From contig CAWETW010000004.1 of assembly GCA_963812155.1 (NCBI GenBank), positions 32,001 through 96,000 of the forward strand: a stretch of DNA of 64,000 bases, written 5' to 3'. A program made the translations under genes and the position numbers. The notes beneath the pieces were generated by a model that made no database searches, had not been told where the DNA came from, and worked only from the letters and a program-made list of their open reading frames with translations. Of the stretch, positions 1 through 10,568 are shown piece after piece. Origin of the DNA: Vulcanimicrobiota bacterium. Its GTDB lineage: Bacteria; Vulcanimicrobiota; Vulcanimicrobiia; Vulcanimicrobiales; Vulcanimicrobiaceae. The number at the start of each line of letters is the position of its first letter. The stretch's first letter is position 1.

Positions 1-1
1 T

Positions 2-325
2 TATCTCGCCGCGAAACCCGGTCACGATTTGATCCGCGGCGCCGGTATCGCACGCATTCGCGAACACAACGTGCGCCTGACCACCAAAATTGCCGAGGCG
101 GCGCTCGAACGCGGGCTGCGCGTCAACACGCCGCTGCAGCCCGAACGCCGCACCGGATGGATCGGCATCGATTTCGACGGGGCCGAACGAGCCTGCCGCG
201 ACCTCGTCGCGGAGCGCGTGTTTCTCGACTACCGGCCCGGTTGCGGGCTGCGCGTCAGTCCGCATTTTTATACCACCGACGACGAAATCGACGCATTTTT
301 CGACGCCCTCGACCGCATGCGCTGA
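2..325 (+). CDS. PLP-dependent class V aminotransferase (kynureninase/cysteine desulfurase-like), C-terminal part, truncated by window start
   Basis: Frame open from position 2; C-terminal GLRVSPHFYTTDDEID motif typical of aminotransferase class V. Confidence 0.75.
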   Translation, partial: YLAAKPGHDLIRGAGIARIREHNVRLTTKIAEAALERGLRVNTPLQPERRTGWIGIDFDGAERACRDLVAERVFLDYRPGCGLRVSPHFYTTDDEIDAFFDALDRMR

Positions 326-358
326 AACTTCCGCCCGCGCCTGTGGGTCGGATGGGGC

Positions 359-1696
359 GTGATCGTCGACCATCGCGACGTAGGCGCCGCATTCCGGCGC
401 CTTTCGCTTCCGGTTGCTGCGCAAATGCTCGGCGATCAGATTCTCGGCATCGTCGACACGATCGCGATCGGCAGCCTCGGCGCGGTCGCGCTCGCGGGCG
501 CGACCGCCGCCAGCGCGATTTTGACGGCCGTGCTGTTTTCGATTTTCGGGTTGCTGACCGGGACGTCGATCATCGCCGCGCAGCGGATCGGCGCTGACGA
601 CGTCGACGGATTCGCGCGCACGCTGCGCGCGGGAGCCATCGTGCCGTTCGCCGTCGCGCTCGCCGGGCTGGCACTCGGCATCTTCTTCAGCAAACCGGCG
701 GTGCACGCGCTCGTCGGCGACTTGCCGTCGGCCGGCGCCAGCGCGCAGTACCTCACGCTGCGCCTCGCGTCGGCACTGCCGATCGTCATTTCGGGCACGA
801 TCATCGTCGGTCTCGGAGCGGCCGGCAATCGCATCGTCGGCGTGCTCGTCCTCGTCGCGATCAATCTCGTACACATTCCGCTGCTGCTAATGCTGGGGCT
901 CGGCTGGTGGACGCACCATCCGCTCGGTATCGCGGGCGCCGGCATTTCGTCGCTGCTCTCGGAGACGTTCGGCTGCATCTGCGCCATTGCGTACGTTTGG
1001 CGCAAACCCGCGTATCGCGTTTTTGCAAGTTGGAAAATTTCGTGGGCGACGGCGCGCGAGTGCACGCGCCTCGGTTTGCCTGAATCGATCTTTCTCGCCG
1101 GCGTCATGCTCCCCGATATTGCCGTCGTCGCGATGCTGGCGCCGCTCGGCGCGCCGGTCGTCGCGGCGTTTCGCGCGCTCAACGTCGTTTCGGATCTCAC
1201 GTTCGTATTCCCGAGTCCGCTGCAGAGCGCGGCGCAGACCGTCATCGGCCAGCGCCTCGGTGCCGGCGACGTAGACGGCGCGCGCTGGTTTCTCGGACGC
1301 GCGCAGCGGTTCGCAACGCTGGTTACCGCCGCGGCCGGCATCGTCGCGGCCGCACTCGCGTGGCCGCTCGCCTACATCTTCACGCTCAACGCGGCCGTTG
1401 CGAGCATGGCCGCGCTGCCGCTTGCCGTGCACATGGCGACGCTGCCGCTCAAAGGTTGGGCGATGGTCTCCCTCGCGCCGATTCGTGCCTCCGGCGATAC
1501 CCGCTTTTCGATGATCGTCGGCCTCGTCTGCGCCGCGCTCGTCATTCCGTTTGCATGGCTGGGCATCGAACGGCTGCACATCGGCCTGTACAGCGTACCG
1601 TTGGGCTGGATCTCGGCATGGGCCGTGCGCGCACTGTTGACGGAGTGGAAGCTCCGCGCAGGCACGTGGACGCGCCGCCCCGTGCTTGCATCGTAA
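359..1696 (+). CDS. MATE family efflux transporter
   Basis: 445 aa, about 12 TM segments; IVDTIAIGSLG, IAAQRIGA, IGQRLGAGD and RASGDTR MATE motifs. Confidence 0.9.
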   Translation: MIVDHRDVGAAFRRLSLPVAAQMLGDQILGIVDTIAIGSLGAVALAGATAASAILTAVLFSIFGLLTGTSIIAAQRIGADDVDGFARTLRAGAIVPFAVALAGLALGIFFSKPAVHALVGDLPSAGASAQYLTLRLASALPIVISGTIIVGLGAAGNRIVGVLVLVAINLVHIPLLLMLGLGWWTHHPLGIAGAGISSLLSETFGCICAIAYVWRKPAYRVFASWKISWATARECTRLGLPESIFLAGVMLPDIAVVAMLAPLGAPVVAAFRALNVVSDLTFVFPSPLQSAAQTVIGQRLGAGDVDGARWFLGRAQRFATLVTAAAGIVAAALAWPLAYIFTLNAAVASMAALPLAVHMATLPLKGWAMVSLAPIRASGDTRFSMIVGLVCAALVIPFAWLGIERLHIGLYSVPLGWISAWAVRALLTEWKLRAGTWTRRPVLAS

Positions 1697-1707
1697 ATGC
1701 TACTGCG

Positions 1708-2499
1708 TCATCGGAGAACGTCACGTCCGGCGCCGGCCAGTACATGCGCGAACTCGGCGTGAATGCGGCCGTTAGTCGCCAGAATCGAGCGCGCGTCGAG
1801 CGCCGGCGGCGTACCGTCGGCGCGCGTGACGCGACCGTTTGCTTCGGAGACGAGTAAGGTGCCGGCGGCAACGTCCCAGGCGTGCAATCCAAACTCCCAA
1901 AATCCGTCGAAGCGACCGCACGCGACGTAGGCGAGATCCAGCGCGGCCGAGCCGTCGCGCCGCACCGCCTGGGCGACGTTCGATGCGGCGCGAAAATGCG
2001 CGGCATTGCGCTCGAAATCGGCGGGATAGAAACCGGTGCAGACCATCGCGCCGGCCATGCGCTCGATCGGCGACACGCGGATGTCGCGATCGTTCATCCG
2101 CGCGCCGGATCCTCGTTCGGCGATAAAGATTTCGTTCATCGCCGGGGCATAGACGACGCCGGCGATCAGTTCGCCGGATCGTTCGTATGCGATCGAGACG
2201 CAATAGAGCGGATAGCCGTGAGCGAAGTTCGTCGTTCCGTCGAGCGGGTCGACGATCCAGCGTTCGTCGGCGGTGCCGGCGTGCGTTCCGGTTTCTTCGG
2301 TAAGGATCGTCGCATTCGGATAGTCGCGGCGCAGCCGCTCCAGAACGATGCGTTCGCTTGCGCTATCGGCATCCGTGACGAGATCGCCACGTTGTCCCTT
2401 TTCGCGAATCTCGCGCGGAGTGCGCGCTTCGTGCGTCAGAACCGCGCCGGCTTCGCGCGCGACGGCGACAGCGGTTTGGAGTGGATCGGGCCGGCGCAT
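1708..2499 (-). CDS. suhB: Inositol monophosphatase family protein
   Basis: DLVTDAD, WIVDPLDGTTNFAHG, GSAALDLAYVACGRFDGFWE and WDVAAG motifs; start trimmed to ATG at 2499 (2511 is an alternative). Confidence 0.9.
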   Translation of the reverse strand: MRRPDPLQTAVAVAREAGAVLTHEARTPREIREKGQRGDLVTDADSASERIVLERLRRDYPNATILTEETGTHAGTADERWIVDPLDGTTNFAHGYPLYCVSIAYERSGELIAGVVYAPAMNEIFIAERGSGARMNDRDIRVSPIERMAGAMVCTGFYPADFERNAAHFRAASNVAQAVRRDGSAALDLAYVACGRFDGFWEFGLHAWDVAAGTLLVSEANGRVTRADGTPPALDARSILATNGRIHAEFAHVLAGAGRDVLR

Positions 2500-2556
2500 C
2501 GCCAGCCGCATTGGATGCGGAGGCCGCCGGGTCCCCGGTGCGAATGAGGCACAATA

Positions 2557-3877
2557 ATGGCGTTCAGCGAGGGGTTCATCTCGGAATTGGTCGGGCGACG
2601 CGCCACGGTCAACGACCTCGCGGTCGGCAAGGTCACCGATTTTCTGGTGACCAAACCCGACGATACGTTTCCGCAGATCGACGGGCTCGTCATCAAGACG
2701 TCGCAGCGGATTGCGATTCGCGCCGATCGATACCGTTGCCGACGTCGACCGCCACGGCACCGTCGCGCTGACCGCCGCACCCGACCGAACCGGCGCCCCG
2801 CGACGATCAGGCGCTCTACCTCGTCGCCGATCTGCTCGACAAGCAGATCGTCGACGTCGACGGCCGCAAGGTCGTGCGCATCAACGACATCGAGGTCGCC
2901 AGCACCGGCGGGCGCATGCGCGTGGTTGCCGCCGACGTCGGCGTCGCGGGGCTCTTGCGCCGCCTCGGGCCTGAAATCGTTCGGCCGCCGCTTCACGCCG
3001 GGCGTCTACCGGCCGGTGCCGCGCTCGATGATCGCGTGGGACTCCGTCGCGCCGATTCGCGATGCCAATCCCGCCGCAAGTGAGCCTCTCCGTCAAAGCG
3101 CAGCAAACTCGCGCGTCTGCATCCCTCGGAGCTTGCCGAGATCATCGGCGATCTCTCGGCGCGCGAAGCCGCGGCGCGTCGTCGGACAGCTCGACGACGA
3201 GACCGCCGCCGATGCGTTCGAACATCTCGATGCCGAAACGCAGAAGACGCTGATCGACGACATCGGCACGGAGCGCGCCGCCGACATCATCGAGGAGATG
3301 GATTCCGACGACGCCGCCGATCTGCTCGGCCGAGCTCCCCGAAGAGCAGCAATCGCGAACTGCTGCGCCGAGATGAACGCCTACACCGCCGACGAGCTGC
3401 GCGAGCTGGTCAAGTACGACGAGGACACCGCCGGCGGTCTGATGACCACCGACTACATCGTGGATCTATCCGCATCGCACGACCGAAGCGACGATTCGCA
3501 AGATTCGCGAGATCGCGCCGACGTCGGAGTTCATCTACTACCTCTACGTGCTCGACAAGGACGACCATCTGCTCGGCGCGCTCTCGCTGCGCACGCTGCT
3601 GCTCGCGCTGCCGACGGCGTTCATCGACCGGATCATGGAGACCGACCTCGTGACGCGTCGCATCCCGACGCGACCGCGGTCGACGTCGCCGCGACGATCG
3701 CGCGCTACGATCTGCTCGCCGTGCCGGTGCGTCGACGACGACGGCAAGATGCTCGGCATCGTGACCGTCGACGACGCGATCGACGCGATCATGCCCGACG
3801 ACGTCGCGAAGAAACTTCCGCGATTCACCGCGCGGCGCCACTCGCACGCGGCGCACGCCGCTGCGAGCGGGGCGTAA
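2557..3877 (+). CDS. MgtE intracellular-domain protein (PRC-barrel-like + MgtE_N + CBS pair), frameshifted in this sequence
   Basis: Pieces in different frames: DLLDKQIVDVDGRKVVRIND, LHPSELAEII, IIEEMDSDDAADLL, YDEDTAGGLMTTDY, GIVTVDDAID; no TM domain. Confidence 0.8.
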
Positions 3878-3881
3878 CGCC

Positions 3882-5180
3882 GTGAGCCAAGTGCGCCGCG
3901 CACGGCGCTCGCTGATGCGATCGCTGCTGCTGATTGCGGCCGTGCTCGGCCCGGGATTCGTCACGGCGTCGGCCGGCAACGACGTCGGCGGCATCGCGCA
4001 CGTACTCGGCAGCCGGCGCGCAGTTCGGCTACATCGCTCCTCTGGGTGCTGATTCCGCTGGCCGTCGCGCTGATCGTCGTGCAGGAGATGGCGACGCGCA
4101 TGGGCTGCGTCACCGGCAAGGGTCTCGCGGCGCTCTTTCGCGAGAACTTCGGCGTCGGATCTCGTTCTTCGCGATGGCTGCTGCTCTTCCTCATCAACAC
4201 GCTGCTCACCGCGACCGAGTTCGCCGGCATCGCCGCGCGCCGCAGAAATCTTTCATCTCTCGCGCTACATCGCAGTTCCGATCGCGGCTCATCGTCGTCT
4301 TCTTCTTCGTTCTGCGGTTCGACAACAAGATCGTCGAGCGCATCGTTCGTCGTCTTCTCGCTCATCTATCTCAGCTATATCGTGTCGGCGATGCTCGCGC
4401 AACCCGAATTGGCACGAGGTCGCGCGCGGAACGCTCGTTCCGACGTTTCACTGGCAGACCGCCGGCTGGCTGGCGACGGTGGTCGGCTTGATCGGCACGA
4501 CGATCTCGCCGTACATGCAGTTCTTCTTGCAGTCGGCCGTCGTCGAAAAGGGATCGCGCATCGACGAGCTTGCCGTTCGCGCGCGCCGACGTGATCAACG
4601 GATCGATTGCTGGCGATCGTGCTCGCCGGCTTCATGATCATCGCGAACGCGGCGACGATCTATCATGGCGAACCAGCCACGGCGCGCACATCGATCGCGA
4701 CGCAAGCCGCCGATTTCGCGGTCGCGCTGCAACCGCTGGCCGGCGACTTCGCCTCGGCGATCTTCGCGCTTCGGCATTCTCAACGCCGGCGTCTTCACGG
4801 CCACCGTGCTTCCGCTCTCGACCGCGTACATCGTCTGCGAAGCGTTCGGCTTCGAAGCGGCGGTCGACCGCAAGTTCGAAGAAGCGCCGGTCTTCTTCAC
4901 GCTCTTCGCGGCCGGATTGCGTGATCGGCGCGGCGATCGTGCTGATTCCGCACCTCCCGCTGCTCAAGATGGTTCTGCTGCGCGCAAGTCGCTGCAAGGC
5001 ATTCTGCTTCCCGCCGAACTGGTGCTGATGCTCATCGTCGTCAACCGCAAGCACGTCATGGGCGAGCACACGAATAAACCGTGGGTGAACGCCATCGCGT
5101 GGACGACCGTGGCGGTCGTCGGCACGCTTTCCATCGTCTACGTGGCGGGGCAGTTTCTGCCGGGATTGCTCGGCGGTTGA
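3882..5180 (+). CDS. NRAMP-family divalent metal transporter (NRMT/Mg-type), frameshifted in this sequence
   Basis: LGPGFVTASAGNDVGGIA, YSAAGAQFGY, VQEMATRMGCVTGKGL, GTTISPYMQFF and VMGEHTN motifs spread over several frames. Confidence 0.85.
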
Positions 5181-5182
5181 CG

Positions 5183-6324
5183 ATGCGCCCCGAACGCATC
5201 GTGGACTTCGCAGAGCGGCTCGCAGCAATCGTTGCCGCGGGCGGGGGTGCCGAGGCACTCGCCGCGCACTTGGCCGATGCAACCGGCGCCGGCGTGCTGC
5301 TCGAGGATGCGCAGCGGCGTCGCATCGCGAGCGCCGGCGTGGCACCACGTTCGCCGAACGGGCGCACGGCGGTCGAGAACGGCGAGGCCGGCCGGGCGCT
5401 GCGGCTGACGGCCGGCGAAACGCACGTTGGGTGGCTTCGCGTCTTGGACGACGGCGCGACGACGGCAAAACCGGCGCAATCCACAGACTTGGCGCTCTTG
5501 GCGCGGCTTACAGCGGCCGCAATTGCCGTGGAGCTGGCGCGGCGGCCCGACGCACCGCGCGGCCGGGAGGCGTTTTGGGAACGCCTCGTCGACCGCGTGC
5601 ACTCGGATGCCGACGCAATACGGGAGGACGCGACCGCGAGCGGCATCGTGCCGGCAGCCGCGTACCTCGCGATCGCGCTGGAATGCGAGGGCGGTACGGA
5701 AATCGCCGCAGTGCGTGGCGGTCGCCGGCGACGTCTTTCGCACCGGCGATGCCGAGGCCGGAATGCTCGAGCGCGCGACCACGCTGCTCGTCTTCGTTCC
5801 GGCGGCTCGCGAGATCGATGCGAGCAACGCGCGCACGGCCGCCGCGCTCCTTCCGAAAACGGTTGCCAAGCGAAGCCACGACCTGCACTTTAGCGGCGGC
5901 GTCGGGACCGTCGAACCGCCCGCAACGCTCTACCGCAGCGCCGAGGCGGCGCGCAGCGGCTTTGGCCATCGGCCGTCGCGTGCTCGGCAGCGGACGCGTC
6001 GTTTCGTACGATGCGCTCGGCGCGTACCCGCTGCTCTACGAAGGCGCCGATCTGCGGCGTCTGCAGTCGTTCGCGCGCAGCGTGCTGTTGCCGCTGCGCG
6101 AGTACGATGAGCGTCATCAAACGGAACTCGAGCGAACCTTGCGGCTTTTCTTCGAAACCGGTCAGAACGTGAAAACGGCGGCGGCGCGCCTCAACGTGCA
6201 CCGGCATACGGTCTTCTATCGCCTGCGCCAGATCGCCGATATCTGCGCGTGCGCGTTGGAGAGTCCCCACGATCAACTCACCCTGCGCTTGGCGGTAGCA
6301 ATCGATGCACTCCATTCCCCGTAA
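5183..6324 (+). CDS. PucR/CdaR family transcriptional regulator, frameshifted in this sequence
   Basis: C-terminal HTH TLRLFFETGQNVKTAAARLNVHRHTVFYRLRQI; LLPLREYD motif; N-terminus in another frame. Confidence 0.85.
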
Positions 6325-7618
6325 CGACCGGCGTCCGACGTCGAAACGCGACGTCGTCAAACTCGCGCGCGAACAGAACGTGCGCTTCGTACGCTTAGTG
6401 TTCGCCGACATCTTCGGCGTCAGCAAGAACGTCTCGGTGCCGGTCGGCGAACTCGAAAACGCGCTCGACGGCACGGTCACGTTCGACGGCGGATCGATCG
6501 ACGGGTTCGTGCGGGGCGAGGAGCTCGACATGATGCTTCGGCCGGATCCGGCGACCTTTGCGGTCTATCCGTGGCCGGCCCCCGACGGCCGCGAGGCGCG
6601 CTTGATTTGCGACATCGCGATGCCCGACGGCTTGCCCTTCGAAGGCTGTCCGCGCACGACGCTGCGCCGGTCGCTCGAACGTGCGACGTCGTTGCGCGGA
6701 CTGCGCGTCGGTCTCGAAGCGGAGTTCTTTCTCTTCGATAAGCGTTCGGGCGACGGAGATTCGACGACGACCGGAGACGTCGGGTCGTATTTCGATTTCT
6801 CCGCGAACGATCGCGGCGAAGCCGCACGCAACGCGATCGTGGCCGCGCTGCAGGCGATGGACGTTCCGGTCGCGTCGGCGCATCACGAGCACGCCGCCGG
6901 CCAGCACGAGATCGATCTCGCCCACGACGATCCGCTCGCTGCGGCGGATCACGCGCTGACGATGCGCACCATCGTCAAGCACGTCGCCGCCGGTTTCGAC
7001 CTCGACGCGACCTTCATGCCCAAGCCGATCGAGGACCGCGCCGGAAACGGACTGCACGTCGACTTTCTGCTGGCGCCCGATACCGACGACGCGACCGCGC
7101 TCTACGTCGTGGGCGGGTTACTCGCGCACGCAGCGGCAGTCACCGCGGTCTGCAATCCAACCGTGAACTCGTACAAACGGCTGGTCGCCGCGTGGGACGC
7201 GCCGATCTATACGGTGTGGTCGCAGCGCAGCGCCAACGCGCTCGTCCGCGTGCCGCCGGGCCGCACGCCGCCGCGCGTCGAGATGCGCAGCCCCGACCCG
7301 GCGTGCAATCCATATCTCGCGCTCGCGGTGCTGATCGGCGCTGCCGCCGACGGCGTCGCGCGCAGCACGCTTCCCGGACCGGCATTCGCGGGTTCGACGT
7401 ACGATCTCGGCGAGCACGAACGCCGCGAACGGGGAATCGGCATGCTGCCGCGCTCGCTCCGGCAGGCCATCGACGAACTCGACGCCGACGCCGTGGTGCG
7501 CTCGGCGCTCGGCGACCATCTCTACCACGCATTTCGCGACGCGAAACTCGCCGAATACGAACGCTATCGCCGCGCCGTCCATCCGTGGGAACGCGAACAG
7601 TATCTTCGGTTGTACTAA
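6305..7618 (+). CDS. Glutamine synthetase type I family protein (divergent)
   Basis: FDGGSIDGF, GLEAEFFLF, HHEHAAGQHEID, ATFMPKP, NPTVNSYKRL and EMRSPDPACNPYL motifs. Confidence 0.85.
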   Translation: MHSIPRNDRRPTSKRDVVKLAREQNVRFVRLVFADIFGVSKNVSVPVGELENALDGTVTFDGGSIDGFVRGEELDMMLRPDPATFAVYPWPAPDGREARLICDIAMPDGLPFEGCPRTTLRRSLERATSLRGLRVGLEAEFFLFDKRSGDGDSTTTGDVGSYFDFSANDRGEAARNAIVAALQAMDVPVASAHHEHAAGQHEIDLAHDDPLAAADHALTMRTIVKHVAAGFDLDATFMPKPIEDRAGNGLHVDFLLAPDTDDATALYVVGGLLAHAAAVTAVCNPTVNSYKRLVAAWDAPIYTVWSQRSANALVRVPPGRTPPRVEMRSPDPACNPYLALAVLIGAAADGVARSTLPGPAFAGSTYDLGEHERRERGIGMLPRSLRQAIDELDADAVVRSALGDHLYHAFRDAKLAEYERYRRAVHPWEREQYLRLY

Positions 7619-7628
7619 ACGTCGTTGG

Positions 7629-9053
7629 TTACGCTGCGCGTAGCGTTGCGGCCGTTCTGCGTAGCAGATCCCACGCGAACTCGACGTCGGCGCGTTCGGT
7701 GCGCAGGTTGCCGATGGCGAGACGCAATGCAAAGACGCCTTCGATTCGCGTGTGCGAGATGAAGATTTCGCCGGTCGCGTTGACGGCGTGCATGAGGCGT
7801 TCGTTGAACTCGTCGAGTGCGCCGGGCTCGACTGCGCGGTAGCGAAAGCAGACGACCGAAAGCGGATGCGGCGCGAGGATTTCCCAGTCAGGGTCGTCGC
7901 GCACCCAGCCCGCGAATGTCTGCGCGAGTCCGATATGCGCGCGCAGTTTCTCTGCGAATTCCTTCGACACCGAACCAGCGCAGCACGAACCAGAGTTTGA
8001 GCGCGCGAAAACGCCGGCCCGAGCTGGAGCCCGTAATCCATGTAGTTCACCGCGTCGCCCTCGGGCGTCGTGAGATATTCGGGCACCAGCGCGAACGCCC
8101 GGCGCAGCAGCGCTTCGTCTTTGACGAACAGCACCGAGAGATCCATCGGCACGAAGAGCCACTTGTGCGGGTTGACGACCAGCGAATCGGCGCGCGCGAC
8201 GCCATCGAGCAGATTCGCGAACTCCGGGACGATCGCAGCCATGCCCGGCGTACGCGGCGTCGACGTGCAGCCATACGCGCGAGCGCTCGCGTCACATCGG
8301 CGATCTCGGGCACCGGGTCGATCGACGTCGTCGAGGTGGTGCCGACGGTGGCGATCGATGGCGAGCGGACGCATGCCGGCGGCAACGTCGTCAGCGATGC
8401 ACTGCTGCAGCGCATCCGGGCGCATCCGAAAGGCTGCATCGCAGGCCACGCGCACGACGTTCTCTTGGCCGATGCCTAGTGCGATCGCCGCTTTCTCGAC
8501 GTGCGAATGCGTGTGTTCGGTGATATAGACGCGTAACCGCGGAAGGTCGCGACCGGTCATGCCGAGCCGTCGAATGCCCAGATCGAGCGCTTCGCGCGCC
8601 GCCGCCAGCGCCGTGAAGCCCGCAATCGACGCGGTGTCGTAAATGATGCCCATCCAGCCGTCCGGAACGCCGAGCAGCGTACCGAGCCAGCGCATCGTCA
8701 CTTCTTCCAGTTCGGTGGCCGAGGGCGACGTGCGCCACAGCATCGCTTTGACGTCGAGCGTCGCCGACAACGCCTCGGCGAGAATGGCCACGGGCGCCGA
8801 ACTCGTCGCAAAATACGCAAAGAACCGCGGATGATTCCAGTGTGTGGTTCCTTGCACGACGATGCGCTCGAAATCATCGAAGATGCGGTCGAACGGATTC
8901 GCCGCGTTCGGGCGCGCGCTCGGGTAGCCGGCGGCGCACGTCGCCGGGGCGGACCTCCGGCATCACGCGATACCGCTCGGGGTGCCGGAAATATCGCACG
9001 ATCCAGCGCGCCACGCGCGCAAAATCGGCCTCGAAATCGTCCTTTTCGTTCAC
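7629..9053 (-). CDS. Group II PLP-dependent decarboxylase (aromatic-L-amino-acid decarboxylase family), frameshifted in this sequence
   Basis: THWNHPRFFAYF, SPSATELE, HSHVEKAA, VGTTSTT and NPHKW (PLP lysine) motifs; C-terminal LRLAIGN. Confidence 0.9.
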
Positions 9054-9093
9054 GCCGTGAAGAGTTGGCGGGGAACGCGGAGAAGGCCCTTTC

Positions 9094-10134
9094 ATGAAGT
9101 ATCGCACGTATCCCAACACCGACGTGACGGTCAGCGAGGTCGGCTTCGGCCTGTGGACGACGTCGACCGGATGGTGGGGCGAAAAGAGCGACGACGACGC
9201 CGTCGCCCTGCTGCGTGAAGCATTCGATTTCGGCATTACGCTTTTCGACGCAGCCGACACGTACGGCAACGGCCGCAGCGAAGAGCAATTGGCGAAAGCG
9301 TTCGGCGCCAATCGCGATCGCGTGGTGTATGCGACGAAGTTCGGATACGATTTCTACACCCCGCGCAACGTCGAAGGGCGGCGCGGACAGGTCGAGTTAC
9401 CGCACGATTTCTCGCCGGCGTTCGTGCGCCGCGCGCTCGAGGAGTCGCTGCGCCGTCTGCAGACCGACTACGTCGACATCTATCAAATGCACAACGCCCG
9501 CATGGCGCAAATCGACGACGATCCGCTGTGGGAATTGCTCGAAACCCTCAAGCGCGAAGGGAAGATCCGCATGTACGGCGTTGCGCTCGGACCGGCAATC
9601 GGCTGGCTCTACGAAGGCGTCGACGCGATACGTAAGCGCAACGTCGCGAGCCTGCAGATCATCTGGAACGCGCTGGAACGGTATCCGGGCGACGAGCAGA
9701 TTCGCGCGGCATACGAAAGCGGCGCGGACACGGGGTATATGATTCGCGTGCCGCACTCGAGCGGGATGCTCGAGGGACACTATACCGAAGAGACCGTTTT
9801 CCCCGAAGGCGACCACCGCCGCCACCGGCCACGCTCGTGGCTGGTCAACGGCGTCAAAAAGGTCGAGCAGTTGCGGTTTCTCGAGCGCCCCGATCGCACG
9901 CTCGGGCAGGCCGCAATCGCATGGCTGTTGCGCGAGCCCCGCGTGATGAGCGTTCTTCCGAACATCTACGACCGCGAGCAACTGGTCGAGTTCGCCGGTG
10001 CGCCGGAGGCGCCCGCGCTCGGCGACGATGAAGCGGCCCGAATGGACGCACTCTACGCAGCGAACTTCGGAATCGAGGAACCGCCGATGGCCTTCAAAGG
10101 TACGATGGAACGTTCCGAATCGCTTCCGGTCTAG
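9094..10134 (+). CDS. Aldo/keto reductase
   Basis: VSEVGFG, FDAADTYGNGRSE, ATKFG and SLRRLQTDYVDIYQMH motifs. Confidence 0.9.
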   Translation: MKYRTYPNTDVTVSEVGFGLWTTSTGWWGEKSDDDAVALLREAFDFGITLFDAADTYGNGRSEEQLAKAFGANRDRVVYATKFGYDFYTPRNVEGRRGQVELPHDFSPAFVRRALEESLRRLQTDYVDIYQMHNARMAQIDDDPLWELLETLKREGKIRMYGVALGPAIGWLYEGVDAIRKRNVASLQIIWNALERYPGDEQIRAAYESGADTGYMIRVPHSSGMLEGHYTEETVFPEGDHRRHRPRSWLVNGVKKVEQLRFLERPDRTLGQAAIAWLLREPRVMSVLPNIYDREQLVEFAGAPEAPALGDDEAARMDALYAANFGIEEPPMAFKGTMERSESLPV

Positions 10135-10139
10135 GCGCA

Positions 10140-10514
10140 ATGCGCGAACGCATCTTTACTCCGGAAGCACCCGAGCCGATCGGTCCGTACAGCCAAGCGA
10201 TTCTCGCCGAGGGCGTGCTCTTCTGCAGCGGACAGATTCCGATCGATCCTCAGACCGGCGAACTCGTCGCCGGCGACGTTGCCGCCCAAGCCGAACGCGC
10301 GTTTCGCAATCTCGAAGCCGTTCTCAAAGCCGCCGGGAAAAGTTTCGACGACGTCGTCCGAACGTCACTCTACCTCGTCGACATGGCCGATTTCGCGGCG
10401 GTCAACGCCATCTACGATCGCTGCTTCGGTTCGGCGAAGCCCGCGCGTTCGACCATCGCCGTCGCCGCACTGCCCAAAGGCGCACGCATTGAAATCGACT
10501 GCGTAGCTCTCTAG
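10140..10514 (+). CDS. ridA: RidA/YjgF/UK114 family enamine/imine deaminase
   Basis: IGPYSQA, SGQIPIDP, PARST and LPKGARIEID motifs. Confidence 0.9.
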   Translation: MRERIFTPEAPEPIGPYSQAILAEGVLFCSGQIPIDPQTGELVAGDVAAQAERAFRNLEAVLKAAGKSFDDVVRTSLYLVDMADFAAVNAIYDRCFGSAKPARSTIAVAALPKGARIEIDCVAL

Positions 10515-10522
10515 TCCCGGGG

Positions 10523-10566
10523 CGCTTCGACTACGCGTGCTGCGGCACGCTCCGCTCAGCGTGACA
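10523..10566 (-). repeat. REP-like palindromic extragenic repeat, copy 1
   Basis: Minus strand TGTCACGCTGAGCGGAGCGTGCCGCAGCACGCGTAGTCGAAGCG; matches the copy at 52563; lies between convergent genes. Confidence 0.75.
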
Positions 10567-10568
10567 CG

